This document shows positions 23,582-37,400 of a stretch of 64,000 bases of DNA, piece after piece. This DNA is from Scyliorhinus canicula (taxonomy: Eukaryota), in assembly GCF_902713615.1 (NCBI RefSeq), contig NC_052153.1, forward strand, positions 133,713,879 through 133,777,878, given 5' to 3'. Position numbers and translations under genes: made by a program. Within the stretch, counting starts at the first letter, position 1; every line of letters begins with the position of its first letter. Under the pieces are notes generated by a model, which was given only the letters and a program-made list of their open reading frames with translations, did no database searches and was not told the origin of the DNA.

Positions 23582-24634
23582 GGGCGCGATTTCACTAAAT
23601 GGGAACAAAGTCCCATAACGAGCACGTTTAACCTCTTGTTTGCCAGCACTCACAGCGGCGAGAAACTCAACGCTATCAAACGTCACTCGGGTTAGATAGG
23701 GGTCCTCAGCGGGAATGCGGGGCCGAGGCCGCACATAGCCCCGTTTTGAGCACTGAGGAGCTCTGCTCACCAGAATTCCTCAGTATAGCGCGAGATTTAA
23801 ATGGTGCCCCGATCTCTGGAGCCCCCGACACAACCCCAATCCCCAACTCACTATGAGGGGGTCCCTGGGCCCCTCCCAAACACCCACACAGGGCACCCTG
23901 GCCCAATCACCACCACACATCTTTATAGTGCCCCTGCCAGCAGGCAGTGCCACCTGGGCAGCACCAGACTGGCACCCAGGTGGCACTGGCAGCATACCCA
24001 GTTTGCACCAGCAGTGGCAGGGTACCACCCAGCTCAAAGGACAAGCACCTTGGAGCCTCCAATCCCCTGGGAGATTGTGAGTGCTATTCCATCTGAACGG
24101 TGATCGCCCGAGATCTACGAGATGAAGGGATCGATCCGAAGGCCTCGGCTTTCGAAGGAATTTGCACATTAAAGTGAGACTAGCTGTCTCACTCTAATAT
24201 GCAAATTCGCCAAAATGTGATCCCACCAGGGCAGCACGGTGGCCTAGTGGTTAGCACAACCGCCTCACGGCGCTGAGGTCCCAGGTTCGATCCCGGCTCT
24301 GGGTCACTGTCTGTGTGGAGTTTGCACATTCTCCCCGTGTCTGCGTGGGTTTCGCCCCCACAACCCAAAAATGTGCAGAGTAGGTGGATTGGCCACGCTA
24401 AATTGCCCCTTAATTGGAAAAAATAATTGGGTAATCTAAATTTTAAAAACAAGAAGAAAAAAAAAATGTGATCCCACCCACAATGGGTGTGAATTACATT
24501 GCAATGTCTCACAAGATTGCGTTAGATCTCGTGAGGCATTGCGAGCCAGGTAGATACAGAGAGTGGGGTCTTCCGGCTATGTTGTGCCGTGGCGCACTGC
24601 GTTTCAGTTGCAGCGTGGCTATTCGATTGCGCCC
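23582..24634. mobile_element. Harbinger-type MITE with nested SINE
   Basis: Ends GGGCGCGATT.. / ..GATTGCGCCC; related to 31835-32226. Confidence 0.65.
24229..24462 (+). mobile_element. Short A-tailed V-SINE
   Basis: TSD AAAATGTGATCCCACC 24212-24227 / 24463-24478; long A tail. Confidence 0.92.
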
Positions 24635-25387
24635 TCTGAGTTGGTTGTGCAATCAACTCCTGTCAAGCAGCCTAAGTAGTCCTTAATGCATTCGGGTACT
24701 CTGGTGTGCTTGAGAGGGTGCCTTCATTTACTGCTCCTCCTGCAAGATGGCTTCCAAAGAAGTATCAAAAAATGGAGGAAACCTATTCCTTTTCCCATCC
24801 ATGTTCTCTGTTGTGCACATCAAGAATTACACTGGGCTTCTTTTTTATATAGCAGTTGCAGTCTTTGACCATTCTAAAACCGAATGCTGATTGGTTTGTA
24901 CGTGGCTAAAATAATTATCCTTTCTGCTATGAAAAAAAACCTAATAGCACAATAATACAGCAAACTACTGTTTTATCCACATGTTTACCCTTAAGACTGT
25001 ATACTAAATTATAGGTTATTCACATCAAAAATGCATTTGTGATTATATCAATGCATTATAGATCAGTGATCGAGTCAAGATTAATGGATCTCAAAACGTG
25101 AAATCATTGCACCACTTTAAGCAAAATGCAGCAATTTAGATGTTAAACTTCCTTGACCTTATTCACGGGGTTTAAAAAACATCTTTAATCAGTAGAATTA
25201 GTGGTGTAGTGATACACACAGCTGAGAGGGTGAAAATAATTTGACAATAGACTATGATAATACGCTGTTCTGAGAAAAGCTTACTGATTTGTTTAGGATA
25301 ATTTCCAACGTGGATGTTATTGCACTAATTGGATGGTGCCATCATCTCCACAAAGCTGGAGATCATATGGTAGGCCCAGATGAAGAA

Positions 25388-25742
25388 GACAGCACGGTAG
25401 CATTGTGGATAGCACAATTGCTTCACAGCTCCAGGGTCCCAGGTTCGATTCCTACTTGGGTCACTGTCTGTGTGGAGTCTGCACATTCTCCCTGTGTGTG
25501 GGTGGGTTTCCTCCGGGTGCTCCGGTTTCCTCCCACAGTCCAAAGATGTGCAGGTTAGGTGGCTTGGCCATGATAAATTGCCCTTAGTGTACAAAATTGC
25601 CCTTAGTGTTGGGTGGGGTTACTGGGTTACGGGATAGGGCGGAGGTGTTGACCTTGGCTAGGGTGCTCTTTCCAAGAGCCGGTGCAGACTCGATGGGCCA
25701 AATGGCCTCCTTCTGCACTGTAAATTCTATGATAATCTATGA
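25388..25742 (+). mobile_element. HE1-type SINE
   Basis: tRNA head, V body, CR1-like tail TTCTATGATAATCTATG. Confidence 0.9.
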
Positions 25743-26001
25743 AACTCATTTGATCATGTCCTTTTGGAATACTAACGATATATTTTCCCACTACAGTAAA
25801 TAGCTGTTCCTACGGAACATCATCTCAACTAACTGGGCAACTTGCTCGAGAGTTGATTGCTTCATTTAAAGAAATGTTTCCTGACATTTGTGCTCAATTT
25901 TCTCTTTACAACCATGAATGATGCCATTGTCGTGATAACCTGGCATATCTGAAAATATCATTGCAGATTGATTTTATAACATGGTGGCAATAGAAAGATG
26001 A

Positions 26002-26352
26002 AAGAGCTTACATTTCTAGTGTCTTGCATGTCCTCGGGATGTTCCACATTTTTAAAAGCCAATTATTTACTTATTTTGAAGTAAACGCAACACTCAATTT
26101 GCATACAGCAAAGCTGCAATGAGATAAATGACTTGTTAGGCTTATCTGTGTTGGTTGAGAGACAAATGTGCCATGAAATAGTTTTTGCCCACCTGAATAA
26201 ATGTTTAACATCTACCCAAAAGACAGCACCTCGGCAGTACAGCACACCCCTCATACAACACTGAAGAATCAGTTCCTATTATGTAATTATGTCCTGTTGA
26301 GTTTGAACTGATCACCTTATGATTCAGACACAAGAATGCTATTGCTGAGCCC
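26002..26352 (-). mobile_element. Old Deu-domain SINE (SacSINE1-like)
   Basis: tRNA head ~26300-26352; GTGCTGTACTGCCGAGGTGCTGTCTTTTGGGTAGATGTTAAAC; GCTGTATGCAAATTG Deu-like motif; L2-like tail. Confidence 0.6.
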
Positions 26353-27029
26353 AACTACTTTGACATTACAAGAAAGCAGCTCAATCTGTAAGGAGCAGCA
26401 GATGAAAAGATGTCTTTTGACATGCACTCACTTTCAAAAGTCTTTTGACAAAGTTTAAAATAATTACACACCAGCAACAGAAGATAATTTTTGTAACTTG
26501 GGTATCATTGTGGTGAACAGTGACACTGCTGGTCAGTCCGAGAACTATCAAGGGCAAAGAGGTTAAAAACGGGCCCTCGAGTAAGTCACTGGTTGGTTAA
26601 TGTATTATTGTAAATGGCAGAGTAATGCAAAGTGAAAAGAAACAATACAGGACAGAGAAGCATATAAACTGCAAGAGAAAAATGAGAAGAAAAACAATAA
26701 GAATTCAAAATAGTTTAATCTTTTAATAAGGCGATATAAGAACTAATAAGATTCGAAACATTTTGAGAATTCAATTGAAAACAAAGCTTCCAAACTCTGT
26801 GACCTGCATTTCATTCCCATTTACATTTTGTTTACTTTTTCTTCCCATCACATCTTGCTGCACAGGCTGTTAGCATGCTGCAGTACAATTAGCCTTGGGC
26901 ATCTGAGCACCTCTAAATAGTTGCACATATAAAACATTTGTAATTCTTCACTGGATAATAAATTTCATTCCAGTTTAAACATCTCAATCTGAGGAAAGGG
27001 AATTTAACATTTTGTTGTGATGTCCTTTC

Positions 27030-27400
27030 GTTCAGAGCCTTCTTTTGTCAAGAGTAATGGTAGGAGGTAGAAGAGAATCAACAACTGCTTGATATTTGGT
27101 TTTCACAATGTTTCTGTAATAGAGATCAGGCAGTTGCTGCTTCGTGTGCAGCTATATTTTAGGTCAGGATTTGTCTCAGAGAAAACAGATTGTTTCTTTT
27201 AGTTGTAATTTGTGTAACATTGAGAGGTTGCCAAAGGGAGAGGAGTAGCTATTGTTTTTTGAGGTGAAGATTGGAACAGCTATATGTCAAAGAGTAGTGG
27301 AGACTTACATACAAGAATGAGGGTTGAGGGAATAGAGCCAAATAAAAATTAATACTGAAAAAGATGGAGATGAAGCAACAGAACTGGGGACAAACCAATG
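27030..27400 (-). mobile_element. Very old L2/CR1 RT fragment
   Basis: Degenerate similarity to the LDPIP...PLLKK...RPISNL region; many stops. Confidence 0.3.
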
Positions 27401-27429
27401 TTGTGGTTCATCCTTGAGACTAATTATTA

Positions 27430-28130
27430 TTTTTTAAATGTATTTTATTATAAACATGTATCAAAACAGGTTACAGCAAATAAATACCCCAAGAAACATA
27501 CTTCCCAGTAGTCAATTATACAGTCTGTATAGATTTCCCCCCTTTTTCACCCTCCCCCCCCCTCCTCCCTGTGACGAGCAGCTCCTCAAACGTGGTCACA
27601 AACATCTCCCAACCTTTCTCAAACCCCCCTGCAGAGCCCCTTAGCTCATACTTTATCATCTTCAACCGCAGGAAGTCGTACAAGTCACCCAATCAAGCCG
27701 TTAACCCCTGTAGCATGCCGACCGCCACTCCAGTAAAATTCGCCGCCGTACAATCAGAGAGGTGAAGGCCACAACATCGGCCTTCCTCCTCTCCGTGAGC
27801 TCCGGCTTCTCTGAAACCCCAAATATCTCCACCTCCTCCTCCACTATCCTGGCTAGGACCGTGAACACTCCCGCCCAAAATCTTCCCAATTTTTCGCAAT
27901 CCCAAAACATGTGCGCGTGATTTGCTGGCCCTCGCCCACATCTCTCACACTCATCTGCGACCCCCTGCAAGAATCCATTTGTTCTTGCCCGAGCCATATG
28001 CACCCTGTGCACCACCTTAAACTGTATCAGGCTCATCGTTGCACAAGAGGAAGTCCCGTTTACCCTACGCAGTGCCTCACTCTATACTCCCCAATTGATC
28101 TCCCCTCCCAACTCCACTTCCCATTTCTCC
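27430..28130 (-). mobile_element. 5'-truncated L1 3' fragment
   Basis: SLIQFKVVHRVHM...CERCGRGPANHAHMFWDC...FTSLIVRRRILL; AATAAA and A tail at ~27430-27448. Confidence 0.88.
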
Positions 28131-28334
28131 ATCCTTCAGACTAATTATGCTTATCACTTAAATTAGCAATCTAATAGATTATATGCAAAGAGTGGTTCAA
28201 ATTAGATTGGTGTAATAATGCATGCCATTAGATACTAAATTATGAGAGGATAAATCCTGAAACCGTACAACCTTGTAATTACACTACAGCTCAAATGTTA
28301 ACCAGGATGAAATGAGCAAGAGATGTTGACTCCA

Positions 28335-28850
28335 TTTCGAGTACAGTGTTCAGTTTTGGGTTTCGCCCTCAGGAAGGATATTTTGACCTTAAAGTAGTTA
28401 TTGTGTAGATTCATCAGCATGATATTGGGACTTAAACAGTTAAATTATGAGGTAAATGTATCTTGTATTCCCTTGAAATTAGAAGGGTGAGTGGAGATTT
28501 AATCAAGATCTTTAAAACGATAAAGGGATTTGAGAGGAGCTGATACAGAGAAATAATTTCCTCTGAGGGGGAATTCCAGAACAAATGGCCATAAATTTAG
28601 AGTTAGACAAATGACTGATATCAGGAAGCACTTTTTCATACAGAACATGATGGAAATTTGAAACCCTTGCTTTCAAAAGGCCGTGGATACGGCGTCAATT
28701 CAAATTTTCAAGACTAGAATGGATAATTTGTGATAGCTGATGCGAGGTAAGAGTCAAAAAGGGATCTGAAACAAAAACAGTTTAAGTACAGATCAGCCAT
28801 GATCTAATAAAATAGCAGTGCAGGCTTGAGTGACCGAATGATTCATTCCT
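28335..28850 (+). mobile_element. Old CR1 3' fragment
   Basis: EYSVQFW...RKDI; CAGCCATGATCT...GCAGGCTTGAG..GAATG..TCCT tail. Confidence 0.7.
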
Positions 28851-28881
28851 ATTGAGAAAGTATTCCTCATGTCAACCCAAA

Positions 28882-29708
28882 TCCAAATGCAGTATAATTT
28901 GGATAAATGTGAGGTTATTCATTTTGTAAGCAAAAACCGGAAAGCAGATTACTACCTGAATGGTTGTAAATTGGGAGAGGGGAGTGTGCAGCGGGACCTG
29001 GGTATCCTTGCGTACCATTCACTGAAGGTAAGCACGCAGGTGTAGCAGGCGGTAAAGAAGGCTAATGGTATTCATTGCAAGAGGTTTCAAGTATAGAAGC
29101 AGAGATGTGTTGCTGCAATTGTACAGGGCCTTGGTGAGGCCACACTTGGCGTATTGTGTGCAATTTTGGTCTCCTTCTTTGAGGAAGGATGTTCTTGCTC
29201 TCTCTCTCGAGAGTGCAGCAAAGGTTTACCAGACTGATTCCAGGGATGGCGGGACTGTTATATGAGGAGAGATTGACTAGGTTGGGATTGTTCTTGCTGG
29301 AGTTCAGAAGAATGAGGGGGGATCTCATAGAGACTTATAAAATTCTAATAGGACTAGACAGGGTAGATGCAGGGAGGATGTTACCAATGATGGGTGTGTC
29401 CAGAACAAGGGGTCACAGCCTGAGGATTCAGGGTAAAACATTTCGGACAGAGATAAGGAGACACTTCTTCACACAAAGAGTGGTGAGCCTGTGGAATTCA
29501 TTGCCACAGGAAGTAGTTGATGCTAAAACTTTGAATATATTCAAGAGGCGGCTGGATATAGCACTTGGGGAGAATGGGATCAATGGCTATGGGGAGAAAA
29601 CAGGATTAGGCTATTGAGTTGGATGATCAGCCATGATCGTGATGAATAGCGGAGCAGGCTCAAAGGGCCAAAGGCTTCCTCCTGCTCCTATCTTCTATGT
29701 ATCTATGT
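28882..29708 (+). mobile_element. CR1 LINE 3' fragment
   Basis: [19 protein letters not shown]...RGDLIETYKI...FFTQRVVSLWNSLP; tail CTCCTATCTTCTATGTATCTATGT. Confidence 0.92.
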
Positions 29709-29974
29709 AAATAATTCAGGATGAGATTTCTCACTGTAGTGGAAGAACCTACTGGTTGCTGCATAATTATGACTGGCGTCCCTTCAAGTGGCTTTGAAGT
29801 CACATTCTAACCATACATATTGGGGCGAAAATGGTCCATGCCAACATGAAACATGCTGATAATGAATCAGCAACTAGCTTTTCACCGTTCCTCTTAGTTT
29901 TCCCACTGAACTTCACAGAAAAATAATTCAAACTCTTTTTGGAGATGTGTTCCTGCTTCTCATCGTCACTTGGT

Positions 29975-31830
29975 TTGAAATTCAAAATCTTGTTCCAGTC
30001 CTACTTGGGCTCACTGCCTCCATTCTTTTCCTGGTGCATTGGTCACATTGATTCCACGTCCTGCTCTTGTCCTACATTGGAAAATTTCATCAACTTTGCC
30101 TCTAATTTTCACCCTTCTCTCAATTTCACATGGTCTATCTCTGATTCTTTCGTTCCCTTCTTAATGCTTCTGACTCCATTTTGAGTGATAGCGATCAACT
30201 AAAATTAATTATCAGCTCTTGTAGCTCTGACAAAGAGTCATTCAGGCTCAAAACATTAGCTCTTTTCTTCAGCCAGATGTTGTCAGACCTGCTGAGTATT
30301 TCAGTGTTTACTGTTTCTGTTTCCGATTCCAGCAATTTGCTTTTATATTCATTATAAGCCCAATGACTCCCAAGTCTACCATGGCTATACTTCCTAACAC
30401 CCTATCCCCCATAAGGGCGCCATTCCAGTCTCTCAGTTCCTCTCTCTGCATTGCATCAGTCCTGATGACATGACCTTCAACACCAGCGTTTGAGATATCT
30501 TTTTTTCCTCGACCCCCTATTGTGGTTGACAGAGCCTTTGAACGTGTCCGTCACATTTTTCAAACTTCTGTTCTCACCCCTTCCCCTCTTTCGGAGAACC
30601 AAAATAGGGTTCCCTTTGACCTCGCATTCCGCCCCACCAGCGTGCATGTTCGGTGGATAATTTTCAACCATTTCTGCCACCTTCAGCCTTCCACTGAACA
30701 TATCTTCTCCTCCTCCTCCATTTCAGTATTCCAAAGGGATCATTCCCTCTGTAATAACCTGGGTCCATTCTTCAGTCATTCCTAACATCCTATCTCATTC
30801 CTGTGGCACCTTTCCTGCCCTTTTACCACTCCTCTCGTTACCATTCCAAACACTACTAGTAATCATTTACCTGCTCTTCTTTCAGTTTAGATTACTCTAC
30901 TTGCTGTCCACAAGTGATTGCCTCTACTACTGGGGATCCCAAACACAGATAGGGTGAACGCTTTGCAGATCACCTCCATTCAGTCCACGAGCATGACGCC
31001 GAGCTTCTGGTGGCATCTCCTTTTAATTCTCCACCTTTAGAACATAGAACATAGAACAGTACAGCACAGAACAGGCCCTTCGGCCCTCGATGTTGTGCCG
31101 AGCAATGATCACCCGACTCAAACCCACGTAACCCGTATACCCGTAACCCAACAATCCCCCCATTAACCTTACACTACGGGCAATTTAGCATGGCCAATCC
31201 ACCTAACCTGCACATCTTTGGACTGTGGGAGGAAACCGGAGCACCCGGAGGAAACCCACGCACACACGGGGAGGACGTGCAGACTCCACACAGACAGTGA
31301 CCCAGCCGGGAATCGAACCTGGGACCCTGGAGCTGTGAAGCATTGATGCTAACCACCATGCTACCGTGAGGCCCCATGTAGTTATTTTTGTTTGATTTTT
31401 GCACCCCTGTTTATCCCTATGAGATTTAAATTCTTAAAGGGTTACATATTGGGCGGCCAATTGACTTTTGGCCACTCTCCAAATTTTTCGTCCTACTCGC
31501 AACAATGCCCGCCACTGGCAGGGCCAGAAAATCTTGGTCATTGCCTTCTGGAAAGGTTTTCTCTCATGTTGTCAATTCTGTCCATGGCCTGCTGCACTGT
31601 TAGATTGGGAGAATGGTTACAGCGCAGAAAAAGGCCATTCAGCCTAGCATCTCTACGCCTGATCCAGTGAAGCTTAACATAGGTTTGAGGTACAGCATCT
31701 TACCTTTTGATCAGGCATTACTGCCTTCTGGACTCAAGATTACATTCAGCAATTTTAGACCATAAACTCTGTCCCCCTATTTTGTTTCTTTTTCTTTGCA
31801 TGTTTCAGTTTTACTCTTATTTTTGATTTC
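29975..31830 (+). mobile_element. Degenerate Penelope-like ORF (RT C-terminus and GIY-YIG) with internal pLTR copy and nested SINE
   Basis: LFQSYLGSLPPFFSWCIG..LENFINFASNFHPSLNFTWSISDS; YKP.DS..Y; NRVPF..RPTS; R.GERFADHL; degenerate hammerhead-bearing segment 30215-30345. Confidence 0.75.
31038..31374 (-). mobile_element. HE1-type SINE, young
   Basis: Nearly identical to 10497-10855; (TTCTATG)n tail. Confidence 0.92.
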
Positions 31831-31834
31831 AGGC

Positions 31835-32226
31835 TGGCGCCCAGGTGGCACTGCCAGGATGAAAAGCTGCCACTACCAGGATGACAAGGTGGCACCTGCA
31901 GTGACAGGGCACCATCCTGTCTAAAGGGGGAGTTGGGGACCTCCGATGCCTGTGGAGTCCCCCAGAAGTGCCGTTACGTCTAGTTCCCGTTTGTGGGGAC
32001 CAGTACCAAATGTCACTCGCCTGACATCTCTAAGGCGAAGGGGTTGAATGCCAAAGCCTTAGGTACCTCGGGATTCTGCACATTAGAGTGAGACAAACTG
32101 CCTTGAATCTCGCGAGGCATGGCAAGCTAGCTAGATTCCGGGAGCGAGGTCTCCCGCCTTTCAACGGCCATGCTGCGCCGCGGTGAGCAGCTTTTTTGGA
32201 GCAGCATGGCTGTTGGATCACGCCCT
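31835..32226. mobile_element. Harbinger-type MITE fragment
   Basis: Shares CCCAGGTGGCACTG and GCACATTA(G/A)AGTGAGAC with 23582-24634; ends GGATCACGCCC. Confidence 0.55.
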
Positions 32227-32489
32227 AAACATTTGTCAAAGTGGGATTAAAAAGAAACATCATTTTGTTTGGTCAATCTAAATTCCAAACCAGATCCCAC
32301 AAGGGAAAAACAATACACTGGCCAGTTCAAAGAGACGGTAATAAGACACTTGGCATACATTTCAGTTTGTAGGTAGTTGAATTCAGATTTAGTGATGGCG
32401 TGTAGCTAACTGGGACTGATGTAATCTTTAGTACTGAGAAACAATAGTGGTGGACCAACAATGACTCACTTTCATATGGTGTCTTTAAT

Positions 32490-33700
32490 ATAATGACTCA
32501 TGCCAAGGTACCTCACAGGCAGCATCGCAAAACAAAGAATAAATAAATTGAACTGAGACACAGTTGGAGATAATCGGATGATCAAAAACTTGGTCAATGA
32601 GGTAAGTTTCAAGAAATGGCTTAAAGGAGGAAAGTGAGGTAGAGAGGCAGAGAGTTGGAGTGAAAAGATTCCAGAGCTAAGGGCCTAGGTAGTTGAAGCT
32701 GCAGCCATCAACGAAGAATTGGGGATTCACAAGAGGCCAGAATTAGAAGAACACAGATATCTGATGGGGTTGTGAAGTTGGAGGAGATTACAGAAATAAG
32801 GAGGGGTGAGGCCATGGACGGATTTGAAAAAAAAGATAGGGGACGTGATTCTCCATCCTGCCAAACCTGTTTTGTGGTGCGGCATGCCCGGCCGACAGCA
32901 GGATCCTCCGTCCCGTCAGCCGGCTAATGGGGTTCCTGTTATGGCCGCTACCACATGGGCAGGAGGGCACTGCTTGCGCAGTGGAGGATCCTGCTGATGG
33001 AGAATCACGCCCAAGAATTTTAAAATCAATATGTTGCTTGATCAGGGGCCAATCTAGATCATCGAGCACAGGGGTGATAGGGAATGGAACATGCTAGCTA
33101 AGATGTGGCAGCAGAGTTTTGGATGACCTCAAGTTTTATGGGTATAGAATAAGGGAGAACAGCCAGGAGTGCATTGGAATAGTTGGGTTTAGAGGTGACA
33201 AAGTCACAATGAGGGTTTCCACAGCAGATGACTAAGACAGGAGAGAAGTTAAGTTTGAAGATGGAACCAGAGTTTAGTGATGACATGAATGTGAGATTCT
33301 CTTGGGACCAAATATGATGCAAACATTGCAAAGAAACAAGCTCAATCTCAGACTATTGCCAGGGAGAGAGATTGGGTCCGTCACGAGGGACCGGAGTTGG
33401 GAACGGTGATCAAATGTTATGGCTTCAGTCTTCTTAATATTTAATTGGAGGAAATATCTGCTCATCCAGTGCTGGATTTTGGATAAGCAGTCTGATATTT
33501 CAGCGACAGCGGAGAAGTTGAGAGAGTTGGTTAAGAGGTAGAGTTGCGTGTCATCAGCAGACATGTGAAAACTAACTTTGTGCATTCGGATGATGTTTCT
33601 GAGGGGCAGCATGCAGATGATAAGTGGAAGGGGACCAAGAATAGAACCTTGGGGATACCAGAGATAACAGTGCAGGAGCAGGAAGAGAAAGCCATTATAA
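32490..33700 (-). mobile_element. L2-clade LINE 3' fragment
   Basis: PQGSILGPL..I.MLPL.NII..H.VSFH.SADDTQLY...WMS..FLQLN.KKTE; ...NALLAVLP...LEVIQNSAA. Confidence 0.82.
32841..33012. mobile_element. ~170-bp Harbinger-type MITE inside the L2
   Basis: TIRs GGACGTGATTCTCCA / TGGAGAATCACGCCC. Confidence 0.75.
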
Positions 33701-34199
33701 ATCACTGGGCATGGTCTACTGGCCACGCCGCACCAGACCGAGAGCGTGGCGTGGCGAATATATACCAGGTGAAGCCTCCTACATGCTTCCTGACAGCCAT
33801 GATGCCTTGGGGATGTATCCAAGGCCCGTGACGCGGCGCAACCAAAATCACACCCACAATGGGCGAGACCAGGTCACGCGTGTTTAAGTCGCAAGCATAA
33901 TTAAATGCATAGAAGTTTATCATTTTAAATAAAATTGTGTTTTAGGTGTTTATCTTACTATTTTTAGTTTAATATTTCAGTAATAAAGCTGCTCTCAATA
34001 ATCGAGTAACATTATTATTGCAAAATCTATGTTAATTATTTTTATAGCGAGAAGTATTACAAGGGAGCTAACTCTACAAGAAAGTAAAGATTCGAAGAGT
34101 TAAGTCTCAAGGTAGTAACTGTCGGAATGGGTAGAATGAAGGGATGACTTTCCGAATGATAGGCCAATTGGAATCTAGGTGTCTTCCTTGGCAACTGTT

Positions 34200-34450
34200 C
34201 GGACTGCTGCCTCACAGTGCCAGGGACCTAGGTTTGATTCTGGCTTTGGCTACTTTGTGGAGTTTGCACTTTCTCCCTGTGTATGAGTGGGTTTCCTCTG
34301 GGAGTTCGGTTTCCTCCCACAGTCCAGGATGTGCAGGTTAGGTGGATTGGCCATGATCAATGCAAAGGGTTGTGGGGATAGGGTGAGGGAGTGGGCCTTG
34401 GTGGAGTGCTGTTTAAGAGGGTCAGTGTGGGGAGTCTATGGATTCTATGT
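34200..34450 (+). mobile_element. HE1-type SINE, 5'-eroded
   Basis: CTGCTGCCTCACAG...GTGGAGTTTGCAC...GATTCTATG. Confidence 0.75.
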
Positions 34451-37400
34451 ATTCAACTTACCTTAAATAAAACTTACATTGAACAAATTGTGATTAGTTT
34501 CTGGGGAGCTAAAATTGGCTGCTTGTGCCAGATCCTCACATTATTAGTTGTGTTGAATGTTGACACAGGCGGAAAAAGCAATATTCATGCAATAAAGTTG
34601 GCTCTGAACAACTATTTAGGAAAAAGGAGTCAGTGGTGTCAATCTATTTTTCTTGATTTGGGGACTTTGAAGATAAAAACTGGGTTGTCTTTTCCACGTT
34701 TGTTTTACAAAAATTGTCCGTTGACCAATTTGGACATGGTAGTTTGTGAAACTACATTGGCACTAGCAGCACAACTGTGACACCTTTGTTGCTCAAAGTA
34801 GTCATGTAAAGATTGCCACCTCATTAGCTAAAGGAGAAAATTCATTTTATTCTAACAATGTGATAAATTAAATTATTTTCTGAAGGCTTGACTGAAAAAT
34901 GCATCTAGCTATGGGACCAATCCATTTTAGCGTTTTACAGGATGAAGAAAAAGGCAATGATGAATCATGAGGATGTGCATTTATCATGGGTTTTAAGAGC
35001 CAGCGTTGTGCTCGAATAGGATGAAGTTGATTGTTAAAGTCTGCCCTATAAACCGAGGCAAATATACATCTTCATGTTCACAAGATGCTTTGCTCAGGCA
35101 GTAGCGGTACAAACAATATTTTAGATATAACAGAAATATTGATTTTTCTTTACTGGAGGTGATGGTTAAAGAAAGTGGCAATGTTTAGACCAGTTGTTGA
35201 AAAATGTTCAGTTGCTGACACAGGGAATTGATTTAAAGAGTTATATGAAAAGTCAATGTGGATGACATCAGCACACTGCATATAATGGATGATAATGGAT
35301 TGTGGGCATGATTTTATACCACTTGACATCACATTACGATACTTGCACTGAATAAATGTTAACCTATAATCTCTTTAGTAGAAATGGCATTGTTTATCTT
35401 CACTAACATTGAACACATTGATTTTTTTAATGAATGCTCAAACAATCTCTGCACCCCAGATTGATTGTTTAGATTTTCATTTTTATAGATTGTTTTCCAT
35501 CAGGTTCAACTGTAAACTGAATCACAGACATCTAGAAGCTCAGCCTGCGCATATTCCAATTTAATTTCAAATTCTTTCCCTTTCCCATTTTGTCACTGAA
35601 ACTGCTGTTCAGCTGACCTCTGCTCTGCTCCTTTGACCTTTGACTTGGAGAAATATGACCAGTCGCAGATCGAGGAGTAGCAAATTAATAGGAGTGCTGC
35701 ATGTTAATTGCATAAGAGAACAGCAAAGAATTCATCACCTCAGTCATGGCCATTGCCTCCCTTTGACCCTTTCTCCCACAAGGTTTTTTGCTTGTGGTCA
35801 CATCTGCTTCTTTTCCATGTTGACTACATAATTATTCAGAATCAAACCTTATTAATCAAGTTGATCCTGCATTTTAAATGGAAATTGCAGGATTAATACG
35901 AGCATCCATTTCATCCTCAAAATCTGGATGGATTTAGCATGGAATCCAATTGGAATACAAAAGAAGGGTGTAGGGACCCAACTGAATTAGAAGCTCTGAA
36001 TTGGCCTGTGAATTGATATTCCACAGAGGTGTTCAATTCTCGAAACGAAACAAATAGATTTTCATACACAATTCTTTTCTAACTGTAAAACTGTAGCTGC
36101 CAGTTTCAAATTATTTTGTTAAATGGTTTTAATATCTTTTACCATTGTTATATTGAGTCCATAGCAGCAGCTGGTCAGTTGCGAATCTCACTCACTCACA
36201 ACTATTAGCATTAGTATAGCAAGTTTACTGCTGAAAAAGCAGAGGAACAGAAAATAAGACCTGATTGTCAATGGCTTTTTTACATTTGGACGGCAAGTTG
36301 ACAATCTTCCTTCTGTGCTATGTCCTCACTGCATCCTGTAGGTTTTTAATTACCTGTTATTAAACGCTATGCTGTTTAATATTCTGGGATGGCCGGAGGT
36401 TTGCTTTTCCGATTTTGTGGTATTTCTTTAACCCTGCACTTAAAATAGCAGGATATAAAAACAGTAACCAAATTTTTATTGCATCCATTTTCCCCACACA
36501 TTTGTAACAGACAGCCAAAGAAGGAAAGTCTGACCAAAACCATTTTGGAAAGTATTTGATGGGCTTGCGTTGTGGCTTGCAGACTGGGCGATCCTGAAAC
36601 TGGGAAGTGCTGTGGCTTGCAAAGAAAAATATAAATGACACATAAAATGACCCTTTTACTCTTTACACTTGCGCATTTAAAAACACACCCCTTGGCAACT
36701 TAACCATAAAATGATAAACGGTTAGTGCTTAAAAAAACATGGCTGTAGAAACTAACAATCACGTGAAAGACTAACTACAGTGTTAAAATGCTCAGAGAAT
36801 TTTGTTATAACAAAGGTACTTCCCAAAGTATCTCTGTCTGAGAAACCCGAAATAATTTTTGTTATACCTTAAAAAGATGATATTTGGGGAACTAATTTTT
36901 CTGAAATGAGCTTTTACAGAGTATTTATTTCGACAGAAGTTACATGTTATAATTCCCCATGTTATTACACTGGGTGGAAGTTACAAATTACATTTAAATT
37001 AAACACTTAGAAACTGAGAGTTTTACAATTAATGGCATCTGCGAAAAAGGACGGGATGTCATGTTCTGCCACTTCTGTTTCCAACACAAGACATGTATTA
37101 TCATTCTTTACTGAATTTATAAACAAAATTAGGTGCCAATCTAATAATTACAGAGTTTGAACCTTATTAAAACAATTGAGGCATGACTATCCATTATTCT
37201 GTATAGGGTGCTAACAGAAGCAATTCAATTTCCTAATGCACTTTTGAACATTTTAACTTTGTGCAAAATTCAAGATCTACATTGCAGATGAACTTTGCAG
37301 ATGAGTTCAACATATTGTTCCTGTAATTCTTTCATTGTTTTTTCAATCTTTTTCTCTCTCACCCACACATAGGAGCAAACACACACACTACAAGGATGTC

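Noticed and set aside
34930-35340. Possible exon or old transposase fragment
   Set aside because: Stops in the frames examined and no recognisable motif.
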